A DNA stretch of 61,972 bases, filler included, from Candidatus Fermentibacterota bacterium (GTDB lineage: Bacteria > JAFGKV01): the NCBI GenBank assembly GCA_016928395.1. It is 7 parts of 7 records of this genome, joined end to end, with 100 filler letters (N's around TTAATTAATTAA, not from the genome) between each part and the next. Parts side by side here need not be neighbours in the genome. Positions count along the whole stretch, not along the records: positions 51,963 to 61,972 come from JAFGKV010000022.1; 6 more parts are not named here. The stretch is one strand, 5' to 3'. This document shows, piece after piece, positions 52,749 to 61,972 of the stretch. The notes beneath the pieces were generated by a model, which searched no databases, had not been told where the DNA came from, and worked only from the letters and a program-made list of their open reading frames with translations. Positions within the stretch are counted from its first letter, which is position 1; each line of letters begins with the position of its first letter. The translations under genes and the position numbers were made by a program.

Positions 52749-55700
52749 ATGCGCCAACCTCGGCACGCCCAGAGGAATAGGCAGCCAGCGCCAGTTCCAC
52801 CGCGCGCAGTGGATCGCGAGCCGTCGACGGGAAGCCTATCAACCAGGGCACACACTTCCGCTGATTCCGCAGCCGGACCCCGCACGGTTCCCTTCCTCAT
52901 TCGGGGGTGGCTCAGGCGGCCGCAATCCGGGGGCACGAAGACGACCCGCCCCGCAAGGGCAACGCTCCCGCTGGACCGGCAGGCATGGCCACGGGGCATC
53001 CCCCTTGTCGCGCTCATCTTCTCTGTGCCCGTGGCGGCAGCGACAATGCAGTACCGGGCAGACGAATCGACCTCGAATCTTCGCACCGGCGCCATCACGC
53101 TGCGCTCCAATGTCGTCGCATGGAATGAGGAGTTTGTGCTTCATGCGGCATGGGGGACCTACCGGCTGAACCCGGAGGAGATCCTCCTGGGAGGGGGAGT
53201 CCGCGGGACGTGGCGGGGGGACAGCGCGACCTCGGCCACCGCCCGCGTCATCGCCGCCGACTCGCTGCTCCAGCTGGACGGGGCTGTGTTCGTCAAATCC
53301 CGGGATGGATCGGAGCTCACCTGCAGTCATCTTCTCTATCGTGACTCCATCCGGATGGCCTTTCTGAGCGGCCCCGTCTCCTTGACGGATTCGACTGGCA
53401 TGTATCGCGCCCGATCCGACACCGCATGGTACCGGCATGGGCTGGATGAGATGCACTTGGCCGACCGCTGCACGCTCTTCATTGAGTCCCCTCCGGCCAC
53501 TCCCATCCGAGTCGCCTCCGACAGCACGGTGATGGCACGCACCGGCGGCACTGTGACGGCCATCGGAAACGTCACACTCATGGGCGACGATCTAGAGGGA
53601 TCCTGCCAGACTCTGTCCTTTCTCCGTGATGAAGACAGGGCCACGCTCGAAGGCTCGCCGGCTCTGGCGGGCTCCGGAATACGGTGTCACGCCGCCAGGA
53701 TAGTAGTGCAGCGGCGGGATGGCGAGCTGCGGCAGATCGTACTGGAGGGGAACGCATGGGCTGCACAGACGGGAGGCTCTCCCGCCGATAGCTCGGCATG
53801 GAATCAGGCATGGGGAGACCGCATGGTGGTCTGGCTCGTCCATGAGCAGCCCCAGGACATGGTCGTGACCGGATCCGCTCGAGCACTGCACCGCGTACAG
53901 GACCGCGGCGGCACCGAGCTCGGCCGCAATGATGCCAAGGGCGACAGCATCCTGCTGGGGATGGGAGAGAATGTGCTGCGACGGGTGCGTATCGCCGGCA
54001 CTGCATCCGGGACATACACGCCCCTGTCACCCGGCACCGGCCTGCCTGGTGAAACGCTTGACTATGCGGCACAAACTCTGGTCTATTCCGAGGAATCCGG
54101 CGTGTTGGTGATGGAGGGCCCCGCCGATCTCACCAGCGGCTCGGCCCGTCTGACGGCGGATGAAGTCAGGTTCTCTCCGACGGCCAGAGACATGGTGGCC
54201 CGGGGCAATGCCGTCCTTCGTGACGGGGCCCAGGACATCAAGGGCGACGTGATGACCTTCGACGTGGATCGGCGACAAGGGGTGGTTCGCGAGGGATTCA
54301 CCCAGTTTGAACAGGCGTTCTCGCTGGGCAAGCGGGTGGCGCGCATTGATAGTCGCCGCCTGAGCATCGCCCAGGGCCGATTCACCACATGCGATCTGGA
54401 TCATCCCCATTTTTGCGTGACATCACCGAAGATGCGGGTCGAACTGGACAACAAGATCGTGGCGCGGTCATTGGTGCTGCACATTCATGATGTTCCGTTG
54501 TTGTACCTCCCCTACTGGATCTTCCCAATCCGCCGCGATCGCCACTCGGGGTTCCTCATGCCTTCGTTCAGCGCCCGCAATATTCTCGGGCTGGAAGGCT
54601 CGCGCGCCGGCATCACGGGTCTGGGCTACTATCTCGTACTGGGTGACTACGCAGATGCGGAGGCAACGCTGGACTGGAGGGAAGGCTTGGGGTGGACGCT
54701 CAACACCAGCCTCAACTACGCGCTGCGCTACCGCATTCCCAACGGCGCGCTGAATGCATCGTATGCCCGGCGAGACAATACGGCCCAGTGGACCGTGCGC
54801 GAACGCCATGAGCAACTGCTGCCCCGTGGGTGGCGGCTTACTGCCAATGTCAACGCCACCAAGAGCAAGTCGTTCATCGACCAGGAAACCTGGGGTGCAC
54901 AAGACCGGTTGGACTTGCAGGCGGGCCTGAACTCGGATATCACTCTGGCAAAGACGCTGACGGGCTGGGCGCTTCGCGCGACCCTCCGCCGGGATCAGAA
55001 TTGGGAATCCACTGCCACGGATAGCGCGACCACGGCGACCCAGACCATCACGTCGGTGCTGCCAGAAATCAGCGTCTCCCGCCCCAGTAAACGGATCTTC
55101 CCGGTGAGCGGTACCCGTGCCCCGTGGTACAAGGAGCTCTATGCCTCGCTGAGTACGACGTTCAGTAACCGCACCGTGCACTCGGATGTCCCTGGGGCCA
55201 TGGATCGCGTGGCAACCGGGACCATGCACGCCGTGCAGTTCAGTTGGCAACTCCCCAAGGTGCTCAGGCACTTCTCGGTATCGCCCAGGGCCGCCTACAA
55301 TGAGAGCTGGATCCACCGGGGCAATCGATCGAACGAGGGTGAGCGAATGGTCAATGACCGCTTCGGCGTGCTCCACAGCATTGGGGTTGCAGCCTCCACC
55401 AAGCTGTACGGACTCTGGTCTCCTCCCATCGGCGGGATCGAGGCCATACGCCACGTTGTGTCGCCGCAGCTCGGTTTCGGCTATACGCCCGACTGGTTCT
55501 TCTCAGGGTGGGATTTCTCCACGGGACGCTTCAGCCACGACGATGCCCTTCCCTATACCGCCTCCGGGTTCGGCGGCTCATATGCCAAATCGCGGAGACT
55601 ATCCATGAGTATGGGTAATGTGTTCCAGGTGAAGCTTTGCAAAGGCGAAAACGTCGTGCGCAATGACAATCTGGCGAATCTGAACTTCAGCACAGCCTAT

Positions 55701-56231
55701 GACTTCGAAGCTGCTGATGCGGGCGGCGACCCCTGGTCACTCCTTGCGTCCACCCTGTCACTATCCCCGGGGGGCGGATTCTCATGGAACCTGAGCGCGA
55801 CGCATGACCCCAACGAGGCGTTGGAGTTCATGTCGGCCACGTCCACCATCAGCGCCCGGGTAGCGGGGGGATGGAACAGGCCTCCTGCGGCGGGGCACGA
55901 CGGCGAACAGATCGACTCATTCCGGGGCACATGGGACCTCTCCGCCACCCATTCCTTCTCCCACCGAAGGGGCATGACGAACGAGCCGCAGACTCTTCGC
56001 GTGGCGGCAACAATCACACCGACGCGGGGATGGAATGTGCGGGCCACGGTGAACTACGACATGCTGGATCACCGGGCCATGAACAAATCGCTCTCGCTGA
56101 CCCGTGACCTCCACTGCTGGCAGGCCGACTTCTCGTGGTACCAGGCGGCCAGCCAGTGGCACTATCTGTTCAAGATCTTCGTCAAAGCCTATCCCCAGTC
56201 GCTCTTCGTGAAGCACGAGGAGCGGGGGTAG
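52749..56231 (+). CDS. lptD: LptD-like LPS-assembly outer-membrane protein with extended OstA-like N-terminal region; start uncertain
   Basis: FTTCDLDHPHF, RHSGFLMP, GLGYY, LTRDLHCW; several beta-jellyroll-like segments upstream. Confidence 0.8.
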   Translation: MRQPRHAQRNRQPAPVPPRAVDREPSTGSLSTRAHTSADSAAGPRTVPFLIRGWLRRPQSGGTKTTRPARATLPLDRQAWPRGIPLVALIFSVPVAAATMQYRADESTSNLRTGAITLRSNVVAWNEEFVLHAAWGTYRLNPEEILLGGGVRGTWRGDSATSATARVIAADSLLQLDGAVFVKSRDGSELTCSHLLYRDSIRMAFLSGPVSLTDSTGMYRARSDTAWYRHGLDEMHLADRCTLFIESPPATPIRVASDSTVMARTGGTVTAIGNVTLMGDDLEGSCQTLSFLRDEDRATLEGSPALAGSGIRCHAARIVVQRRDGELRQIVLEGNAWAAQTGGSPADSSAWNQAWGDRMVVWLVHEQPQDMVVTGSARALHRVQDRGGTELGRNDAKGDSILLGMGENVLRRVRIAGTASGTYTPLSPGTGLPGETLDYAAQTLVYSEESGVLVMEGPADLTSGSARLTADEVRFSPTARDMVARGNAVLRDGAQDIKGDVMTFDVDRRQGVVREGFTQFEQAFSLGKRVARIDSRRLSIAQGRFTTCDLDHPHFCVTSPKMRVELDNKIVARSLVLHIHDVPLLYLPYWIFPIRRDRHSGFLMPSFSARNILGLEGSRAGITGLGYYLVLGDYADAEATLDWREGLGWTLNTSLNYALRYRIPNGALNASYARRDNTAQWTVRERHEQLLPRGWRLTANVNATKSKSFIDQETWGAQDRLDLQAGLNSDITLAKTLTGWALRATLRRDQNWESTATDSATTATQTITSVLPEISVSRPSKRIFPVSGTRAPWYKELYASLSTTFSNRTVHSDVPGAMDRVATGTMHAVQFSWQLPKVLRHFSVSPRAAYNESWIHRGNRSNEGERMVNDRFGVLHSIGVAASTKLYGLWSPPIGGIEAIRHVVSPQLGFGYTPDWFFSGWDFSTGRFSHDDALPYTASGFGGSYAKSRRLSMSMGNVFQVKLCKGENVVRNDNLANLNFSTAYDFEAADAGGDPWSLLASTLSLSPGGGFSWNLSATHDPNEALEFMSATSTISARVAGGWNRPPAAGHDGEQIDSFRGTWDLSATHSFSHRRGMTNEPQTLRVAATITPTRGWNVRATVNYDMLDHRAMNKSLSLTRDLHCWQADFSWYQAASQWHYLFKIFVKAYPQSLFVKHEERG

Positions 56232-56239
56232 CCGTGGGA

Positions 56240-56506
56240 CTATCGATTATGCTTCACGCAGTTTGCCCTGGTGACGTATCGCGCCCAGAGTTCAGGATGC
56301 CGTTCCCAGCAGTCGCGGCATTCCTGAATGCCGGCCGACGGTGCGAGGCAGTAGGTGTGAGGTATATCTTCATCCCGTCCGGTCTCCGGCGGGTCCAGAA
56401 TCTCGACGGCGGCGGATTGTGGCGCACCCGGGGAGTCGGTCGGGGTCGAGGTATCGATCTGGGTCGGAGTATCAAAAATATCGAGTTGAGCGGTGATCTT
56501 CTGCAT
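56240..56506 (-). CDS. Small Cys-containing hypothetical protein (88 aa)
   Basis: AAGGAG RBS; own promoter; C-x9-CxxC-x16-C near the C-terminus. Confidence 0.55.
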   Translation of the reverse strand: MQKITAQLDIFDTPTQIDTSTPTDSPGAPQSAAVEILDPPETGRDEDIPHTYCLAPSAGIQECRDCWERHPELWARYVTRANCVKHNR

Positions 56507-56536
56507 GAATGCTCCTTGTGTGCGGTACCCAGCGAC

Positions 56537-56581
56537 AATATACGCGCTGCATTGACGCGCGTCAAGCGTGTCATCCTGACA
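56537..56581 (-). promoter_or_regulatory. Sigma70-like promoter with TTGAC-N4-GTCAA and TGTCA-N3-TGACA palindromes
   Basis: TTGACG-17-TATATT on the minus strand; palindromes at 56552-56565 and 56569-56581. Confidence 0.55.
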
Positions 56582-56907
56582 AGAACACCTCAGCAGATAG
56601 ATAGGAGCGGTGTTCCCAAAGGAGGCATTCGACAACACCTATTTCCCCCTGAATCGTGCCTACACCCGATGGCAGTGTCGACTGACGTGCCTCAAGAAAC
56701 GAAAAGCGTCGAGTCGCGGTCCTGCCTTCAGGGTGCACGACCCAGCCGGGTCACCGCTTCTCCCTACGCAAGAGGGAACGAGGAGAGTCATGAGGCGGGT
56801 CAAACACCAATGACCAGTACGATCCTTGCAGATGTGGCCGGTACACGCCCCGCGTCCAACGATGGTCACTCACTTCTGAGGCACGGCATATGGGTGAGAG
56901 GACGATA

Positions 56908-57924
56908 ATGAGAGCACTGGCATTACTCTCTGGAGGGCTTGACAGTCAGCTTGCTGTTCGTGTCATGCAACGTCAAGGCATCGACGTCGTCGGCGTTCAC
57001 TTCTTTCATCGGTTCAACAGACCGGGTGACCCCGGGTCCTGGCCCGACACGGGCACCACTCCTCGGGGTGCCGGGGAAGTCGAGCAGGTGGCTGCATGCC
57101 TGGGCATCGAGGTCGTGCTCCGGGATTTCTCAACCGAGTTCCTTGCCTTCGTCAACAAGCCCCGACATGGAAGGGGCAAGGGCTTTAACCCCTGCGTTGA
57201 CTGCAAGATAACCATGCTGACCCTGGCGAAGGAGATGATGGATGAGCATGAGACGATGTTCGTGTGTACCGGTGAGGTGCTCGGCCAGCGACCGATGACT
57301 CAGGTGAGGCATCGGATGAACTTCATCGCCAAACAGAGCGGACTGGGGCGTCTGCTCCTCAGGCCTCTCTCGGCTCAGAGGATGACACCAACGGTGGCGG
57401 AGGAGCGTGGGTGGGTTGACCGCGAACGCCTCCTGGCCCTCCATGGCAGAGGCCGCAAAGCCCAGATGGCTTTGGCCGCTGAGTTGGGCATCGCCGACTA
57501 TCCGCAGCCAGCCGGGGGGTGCTTCCTTACCGATGGCAGTGTCGCCACGCGGTTCTTCTCATGGGTGGATCGCTTGGGCAGCGTTGGACCCAGGGAACTC
57601 ATGGTGTTCAGAATGGGTCGCCACTTCACCTTGCCGGGGGGCAGCTATGTGGTAGCAGGCAGGGATGAGCGGGAGAACGGCATCTTGCGAGCGCTGTTGC
57701 CGTATGCGACACGCGTGGAAACCCGCGATCACCCTGGCGCGTCCGTTTTCGTGCTCCATCAGCCCGGTGAGGACGAGTTGAAGATCGCGGGGGCCATGGC
57801 CGCACGCTACAGCAAACTGCGCGACAACGAAACAGTAGTCGTGACGGCAACCAGGGGAGGCTCGACCAAAGAGCTAGTGGTCCACCCCCTGGACCCGCAG
57901 TCCATCGAGGCGCTTCGCGTCTAA
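56908..57924 (+). CDS. ThiI/MnmA-like PP-loop tRNA thiolation protein (DUF814-type C-terminus)
   Basis: SGGLDS, NPCVDCK, TGEVLGQRPMTQ, LLRPLSA, PAGGCFLT, GRHF, GRDEREN. Confidence 0.85.
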   Translation: MRALALLSGGLDSQLAVRVMQRQGIDVVGVHFFHRFNRPGDPGSWPDTGTTPRGAGEVEQVAACLGIEVVLRDFSTEFLAFVNKPRHGRGKGFNPCVDCKITMLTLAKEMMDEHETMFVCTGEVLGQRPMTQVRHRMNFIAKQSGLGRLLLRPLSAQRMTPTVAEERGWVDRERLLALHGRGRKAQMALAAELGIADYPQPAGGCFLTDGSVATRFFSWVDRLGSVGPRELMVFRMGRHFTLPGGSYVVAGRDERENGILRALLPYATRVETRDHPGASVFVLHQPGEDELKIAGAMAARYSKLRDNETVVVTATRGGSTKELVVHPLDPQSIEALRV

Positions 57925-60900
57925 GTCCCGCGGGCCGCCACGGGCGGTCCCCCCGGCGCCATCGGGAACGACCGCGTGTACCCGGTAGAATGCCTGCGGA
58001 AGCACGCCCAGTGCGTCGAGATCGTCGAACTCGCCAGTCGACGGGGAACCGATGAGCTCCCACGGCCCGTCGAGTGTAGCCGAGCGGTAGACTCGGTACC
58101 CGGCCGCCGCCTGCAGAACCGACCATGACAGGTGGACAGCCGCCTCCTCCACCGAGATGGCCAGATCGCGCACCACGAGCGGTTCCACCACCACGGTGAG
58201 CGGTATCGTCACCGCGGGCGACTCGGGATCATCCGTGCGCATGGTCACCGCCCCCTGCACGATTCCCGTGTCAAGAGACGCGGCGTTGAAGACGAGGGTC
58301 ACGGCCAGCATGCCGTCGGGTAGGACTTCCCCGGATCGTGGATAGCACTGAACCCAGGGCACGTGTGGCTCCATGGTCAGGTGAAGGGTGCCGTTGCCCG
58401 AGTTTAGCACCACAAGCCCCGCTTCCCCCGTCTGCCCCGCCATGACCGCCGCTTCGATCTCTTCAGGCGTCACTGCCGCCGTGGGGCCGAGCAATGGTCC
58501 GTACGCAGTCTCGGTGTAGTGGAGTGTAACCGACTGGAAAGACGTGACGCGGCGGAGTTGGACATAGTACCAGTCATTGGGCGTGACAATCGGACCCGCC
58601 GAGGCGAAGTCCTGCCAGGGCGTCCACTCGACAAGCGCCACGTCGTCAAACCACGAGAACGCCTCGCCTGCCTCGGGCCGGTCGCTGCGTACCCGCACAT
58701 CGTAGTACAGGGCGCCATCGGGGACAGTCAACTCCTTGGACACATGAGTCCAGGCGGTGTCGCCGGTGATCGGCGCGGTGCTCTCTGTCCCCATCATACC
58801 CGACCCGTAGCGGGAGTCATAATACTGAATCTCGATGCAGACCCCCGCCCCGTTGTGCGTCTTGACGAAACCGTGCACAGTGGTGGGCACATACTCAAGA
58901 CGCTTCAACCGCCATTCGAGATTGGTCACCACGAGACCCACGGAGTCGGGGTAGCGGCGATGACGAATCGACCGAGCCCCGCGATATGACTCCGTGCTGT
59001 CATACCATTCGCTGGGGCTGTTGAGATTCCACAGGGTACACCCCTCGTCTTCGAAAGACCCGCCCCACAGCGTCTCGCGACCTAGCCGGTATTCCCAGCC
59101 GCCCTCGGGACCCAGCGAGTCGATGGATGAGACATTGCCCTGCCTGGCGAGTCGAAGCGGTTCGGTGATCCAGAACCCTTCCTCGAAGGTCGCAGTCCTT
59201 GCCGGAAGATAGTAGTTTCCGGTATCCACCGGCATAATGAGGGTGTCCAGATGGATACGACCTCGGGTGTTCTCGGTGTCCACGTACAGATAGGTATCCA
59301 TCTCCCTAGAGCGGCGGGCAAGATGGTCCAGGATGCGGCGCCCTAGGCCACCCCGGGCAGGCTGCGGTATCCAGTCATCGATATACGCGGGAACAACGGT
59401 ATACTCGTAGAACCCGCGTTCGTCGGCTTCGGCATTGAGCACCATGGTAGGAAAGGTCTCGGGGTACCGCAGATCGAAGATGAAGTTCCCCAATGAATGG
59501 GCAATCAGCCTTCCGTTGTAGACCTCAAAGCCCTGAACCACATGCGGGTGGTGGCTTATTACTAGATCGGCGCCGGCATCGATGGCGCTCTGTCTGATCG
59601 CCCGGTTTCTGGCGGTAGGTCGCACCGAAGATGCGGCATAGTCTTCGTCGCCGTAGGGATCGGCAAGCTCGCCCGCATCGGGCTGTTCCCTGGGAACCTG
59701 GCCATACTCGTCGCCGGAGTGCGTTTCGACGATGACCAGGTCGGCGTGATCGTGAACCATGGCGATCTGTCGACCTATGTCGTAGGCGGTCATGTACGCG
59801 AATCCCGGCTTGTTCATGCCAGCATTGAGGTAGGGCTGGTAGTTGTTGTACTGGCCGGTGCGGTCGCTGGAGGCGAGGAAGGCGATAGCGGCCCCCGAGT
59901 GGGCATGAAACACGGGAAGGTAGGCCTCGTATGAGTCGAGCCCGGCACCCGAGTGGAGGATGCCGGCGCCGGTCACCACCGCCTGCGTCTCCTGGAGGCC
60001 GGGCTCCAGGTAGTCATAGATATGATTGTTCGCCAGGGTCACCACATCGATGCCCGCGTATACCAGCCCGGCGATATTCGCGGGTGATGCCTTGAAGTAG
60101 ATGGGCTTGGTAGGATGGTGTACCGGGGCGGTAGTCAGCGGGCTCTCCAAGTTGGCCACGGTGACCTGGGCCGCCGGACCCAGAAGGCAGAGAGTCGGTT
60201 CAAAGATGGCCTCGACCCCCTGGGTCGGTATAATGCCGCCGGGCTGTTCATACCCCCTGGCCAGCATGATGTCGCCCACGAAGTTCATCGTGAGGGGAAA
60301 CGACGATGCCCCGGGGTCAACAGGGACTGTGCAGGAGCCGATGCCCAGGAGTTCGGTATCGTCTACGACGCGCAGGATCACCGTATAGGGGTGGTCGTCC
60401 TCCACCAGATAGGTGTGCGCCGGGTTCTGCTCCGTGCTGGTGGAGTCGTCTCCGAAATCCCAGAAGAACAGGTGTGTCTCGCTGTCAGGATCATTCACGA
60501 CGGCAGAGAACTGCACATCGACGTTTCTGATCCCGCGGGCATCGCGATAGACTCCGCCTGCCGTGAAGCCGACCGTGACCTGGGGTGGGATGGGCAGGTC
60601 CGCGGTGATGTCTACGATATGGTCAAACAGGACCGAACCTGTCCCGCCGGCGTCCTGGTCGCAGACGAAGACCACGGCGTCTACCCTGGGCAGATATCCG
60701 AAGTATGCGAGCCAGTCGTCGGCGACAGGAAGCCTGTAGGTGTTCCAGGTTCCTGCGGGGAAGGCGCCCTGGTAGACCGTGACCCACGTGCCGATGTCCA
60801 GCAGCTCCGTGCCCGCCAGCGAATAGAAGAGCACATTTGCGGAATCCATCACGCCAAATCCGTGGATCTCCACCGAACTCTCGATGTAGCCGGCGATCTC

Positions 60901-61209
60901 CCAGACAAGACCCGAATCCACCTGCACTGCAGCGATGTCTTCAATCTTCCAGGTATTGCCGAAGAGCCGCAACGCGAAGGGCGATCCCTGATAGGTATTC
61001 TGGTCATCCAGCTCCCATTTCTTGGGATCGGCATCCTCTCCCGGAAAGGATCGCAATTCGACGAGGCCGTCGTCGAAATCTTCGATGGTGGTCGAACGGC
61101 CTGCGGGCGAGCCCCAGACCTGTGCGGTATCCCCCACGACCAGAAGCCCTGTGGCAACGCCCATGGAGAGGATATGTCGAATCGAGTGCATGCGTGCTCT
61201 CCCGTTCAT
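57874..61209 (-). CDS. Large secreted CapA (PGA_cap) metallophosphatase-domain protein with PKD and FN3-like C-terminal domains
   Basis: FVGDIML, NLESP, LANNHIYD, HSGDEY, SHHPHV, SLGNFIF; PKD motif WDFGDD. Confidence 0.88.
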   Translation of the reverse strand: MNGRARMHSIRHILSMGVATGLLVVGDTAQVWGSPAGRSTTIEDFDDGLVELRSFPGEDADPKKWELDDQNTYQGSPFALRLFGNTWKIEDIAAVQVDSGLVWEIAGYIESSVEIHGFGVMDSANVLFYSLAGTELLDIGTWVTVYQGAFPAGTWNTYRLPVADDWLAYFGYLPRVDAVVFVCDQDAGGTGSVLFDHIVDITADLPIPPQVTVGFTAGGVYRDARGIRNVDVQFSAVVNDPDSETHLFFWDFGDDSTSTEQNPAHTYLVEDDHPYTVILRVVDDTELLGIGSCTVPVDPGASSFPLTMNFVGDIMLARGYEQPGGIIPTQGVEAIFEPTLCLLGPAAQVTVANLESPLTTAPVHHPTKPIYFKASPANIAGLVYAGIDVVTLANNHIYDYLEPGLQETQAVVTGAGILHSGAGLDSYEAYLPVFHAHSGAAIAFLASSDRTGQYNNYQPYLNAGMNKPGFAYMTAYDIGRQIAMVHDHADLVIVETHSGDEYGQVPREQPDAGELADPYGDEDYAASSVRPTARNRAIRQSAIDAGADLVISHHPHVVQGFEVYNGRLIAHSLGNFIFDLRYPETFPTMVLNAEADERGFYEYTVVPAYIDDWIPQPARGGLGRRILDHLARRSREMDTYLYVDTENTRGRIHLDTLIMPVDTGNYYLPARTATFEEGFWITEPLRLARQGNVSSIDSLGPEGGWEYRLGRETLWGGSFEDEGCTLWNLNSPSEWYDSTESYRGARSIRHRRYPDSVGLVVTNLEWRLKRLEYVPTTVHGFVKTHNGAGVCIEIQYYDSRYGSGMMGTESTAPITGDTAWTHVSKELTVPDGALYYDVRVRSDRPEAGEAFSWFDDVALVEWTPWQDFASAGPIVTPNDWYYVQLRRVTSFQSVTLHYTETAYGPLLGPTAAVTPEEIEAAVMAGQTGEAGLVVLNSGNGTLHLTMEPHVPWVQCYPRSGEVLPDGMLAVTLVFNAASLDTGIVQGAVTMRTDDPESPAVTIPLTVVVEPLVVRDLAISVEEAAVHLSWSVLQAAAGYRVYRSATLDGPWELIGSPSTGEFDDLDALGVLPQAFYRVHAVVPDGAGGTARGGPRDLDAKRLDGLRVQGVDH

Positions 61210-61435
61210 GTCGCCCCGCGATAACGAAGGACGACCTGAAGGAACGGGTCGGAACCATTCGTGTCAAAGAATCTGGGAGCCCGGCACTCGAGGAGCAAGC
61301 CGTGAGCATACAGGGCAACCGAATTGAACCCTACAACCCTGCCCGCGCAGCGAGGCTGGAAGGGCCTTCAAGCCCGACCGAAAGACCACAAGCGCGAGTG
61401 CGAGACCTGTGGTGAGGAGAGATGCATCTCTGCCG

Positions 61436-61972
61436 TGTTGTCTCAACCCTGAAGAACCTGACGGCGCCCATCGTCGTCAGAGGCCCGACTTGTTTCAGAG
61501 AACATGCAGAGCTCGTACCCATGCTCGACTGCCCCAGCTCGCCGACTACGATTACGACAACGAGAGCGAGAGCGATACCGAACCCGCCCCGGCGGGCGAC
61601 TGACGATCGCCCCTGCAAGGTAGGTTGACATCGTCTCCGTAGGGGAGGGCGCCCCTGCCCTCCCGCACGCCGCTGCGCACCTCTAGATGCTGGCCGCGCC
61701 TGATAGCTGAGGGCCGATAGCTGACAGCCGACAGCCGATAGCTGACAGCCGATAGCCGATAGCCGATAGCCGATAGCCGACAGCTGATAGCCGACAGCCG
61801 ACAGCCGACAGCCGATAGCTGACAGCCGACAGCCGATAGCCGGCCATACTCTCATCCTTGAGAGACTTGAGTGCACCCATCGTCGTCAGAGGCCCGACTT
61901 GTTTGAGAGTACATCCTGACCTCGTACTCATACTCGTACTCGGAATACTCGTACTCGGAGCTGCGGCTCCGA
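61436..61972. repeat. Repeat mosaic: two 65-nt elements, hexamers, REP-like palindrome and (AGCYGAY)n heptamer array
   Basis: Heptamer array of about 20 units at 61701-61845; elements at about 61436-61504 and 61847-61911. Confidence 0.9.

Noticed and set aside
56790-56879. Second UGA read-through candidate (MRRVKHQ-TGA-PVRSL...)
   Set aside because: No Cys or redox context, no convincing SECIS-like hairpin, and an unprotein-like continuation

Overview
GC-rich bacterial draft or MAG sequence made of seven contigs joined by artificial 100-nt N-TTAATTAATTAA-N linkers, so gene neighbourhoods across linkers are not real. Gene content suggests a diderm, probably anaerobic, proteolytic FCB-group candidate-phylum bacterium (inference). 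Evidence for this is LptD, a gingipain-like C25 protease, M14 and M1 peptidases, a secreted agmatine/peptidylarginine deiminase and several T9SS/FlgD-like C-terminal domains. Housekeeping genes include murJ, asnS, an XPB-like helicase, mscL, a ThiI-like thiolase and a Btu/Fec-type ABC importer. The most notable signals are: (1) an unannotated 59-codon ORF (19890-20069) with a strong RBS, an in-frame Cys-UGA and a SECIS-like hairpin, a candidate new small selenoprotein; (2) an array of three secreted Gly-rich repeat fibre/adhesin-like paralogs plus a headless fourth fragment, with conserved DNA junctions and patchwork identity suggesting module shuffling, interleaved with toxin-antitoxin loci; (3) a dispersed ~65-nt nested-hairpin element with covariation, embedded in mosaics of REP-like palindromes and 6-9-nt tandem repeats near most contig ends; (4) a GNAT-deacetylase fusion. 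No rRNA, tRNA, CRISPR array, reverse transcriptase or intact transposase was seen.
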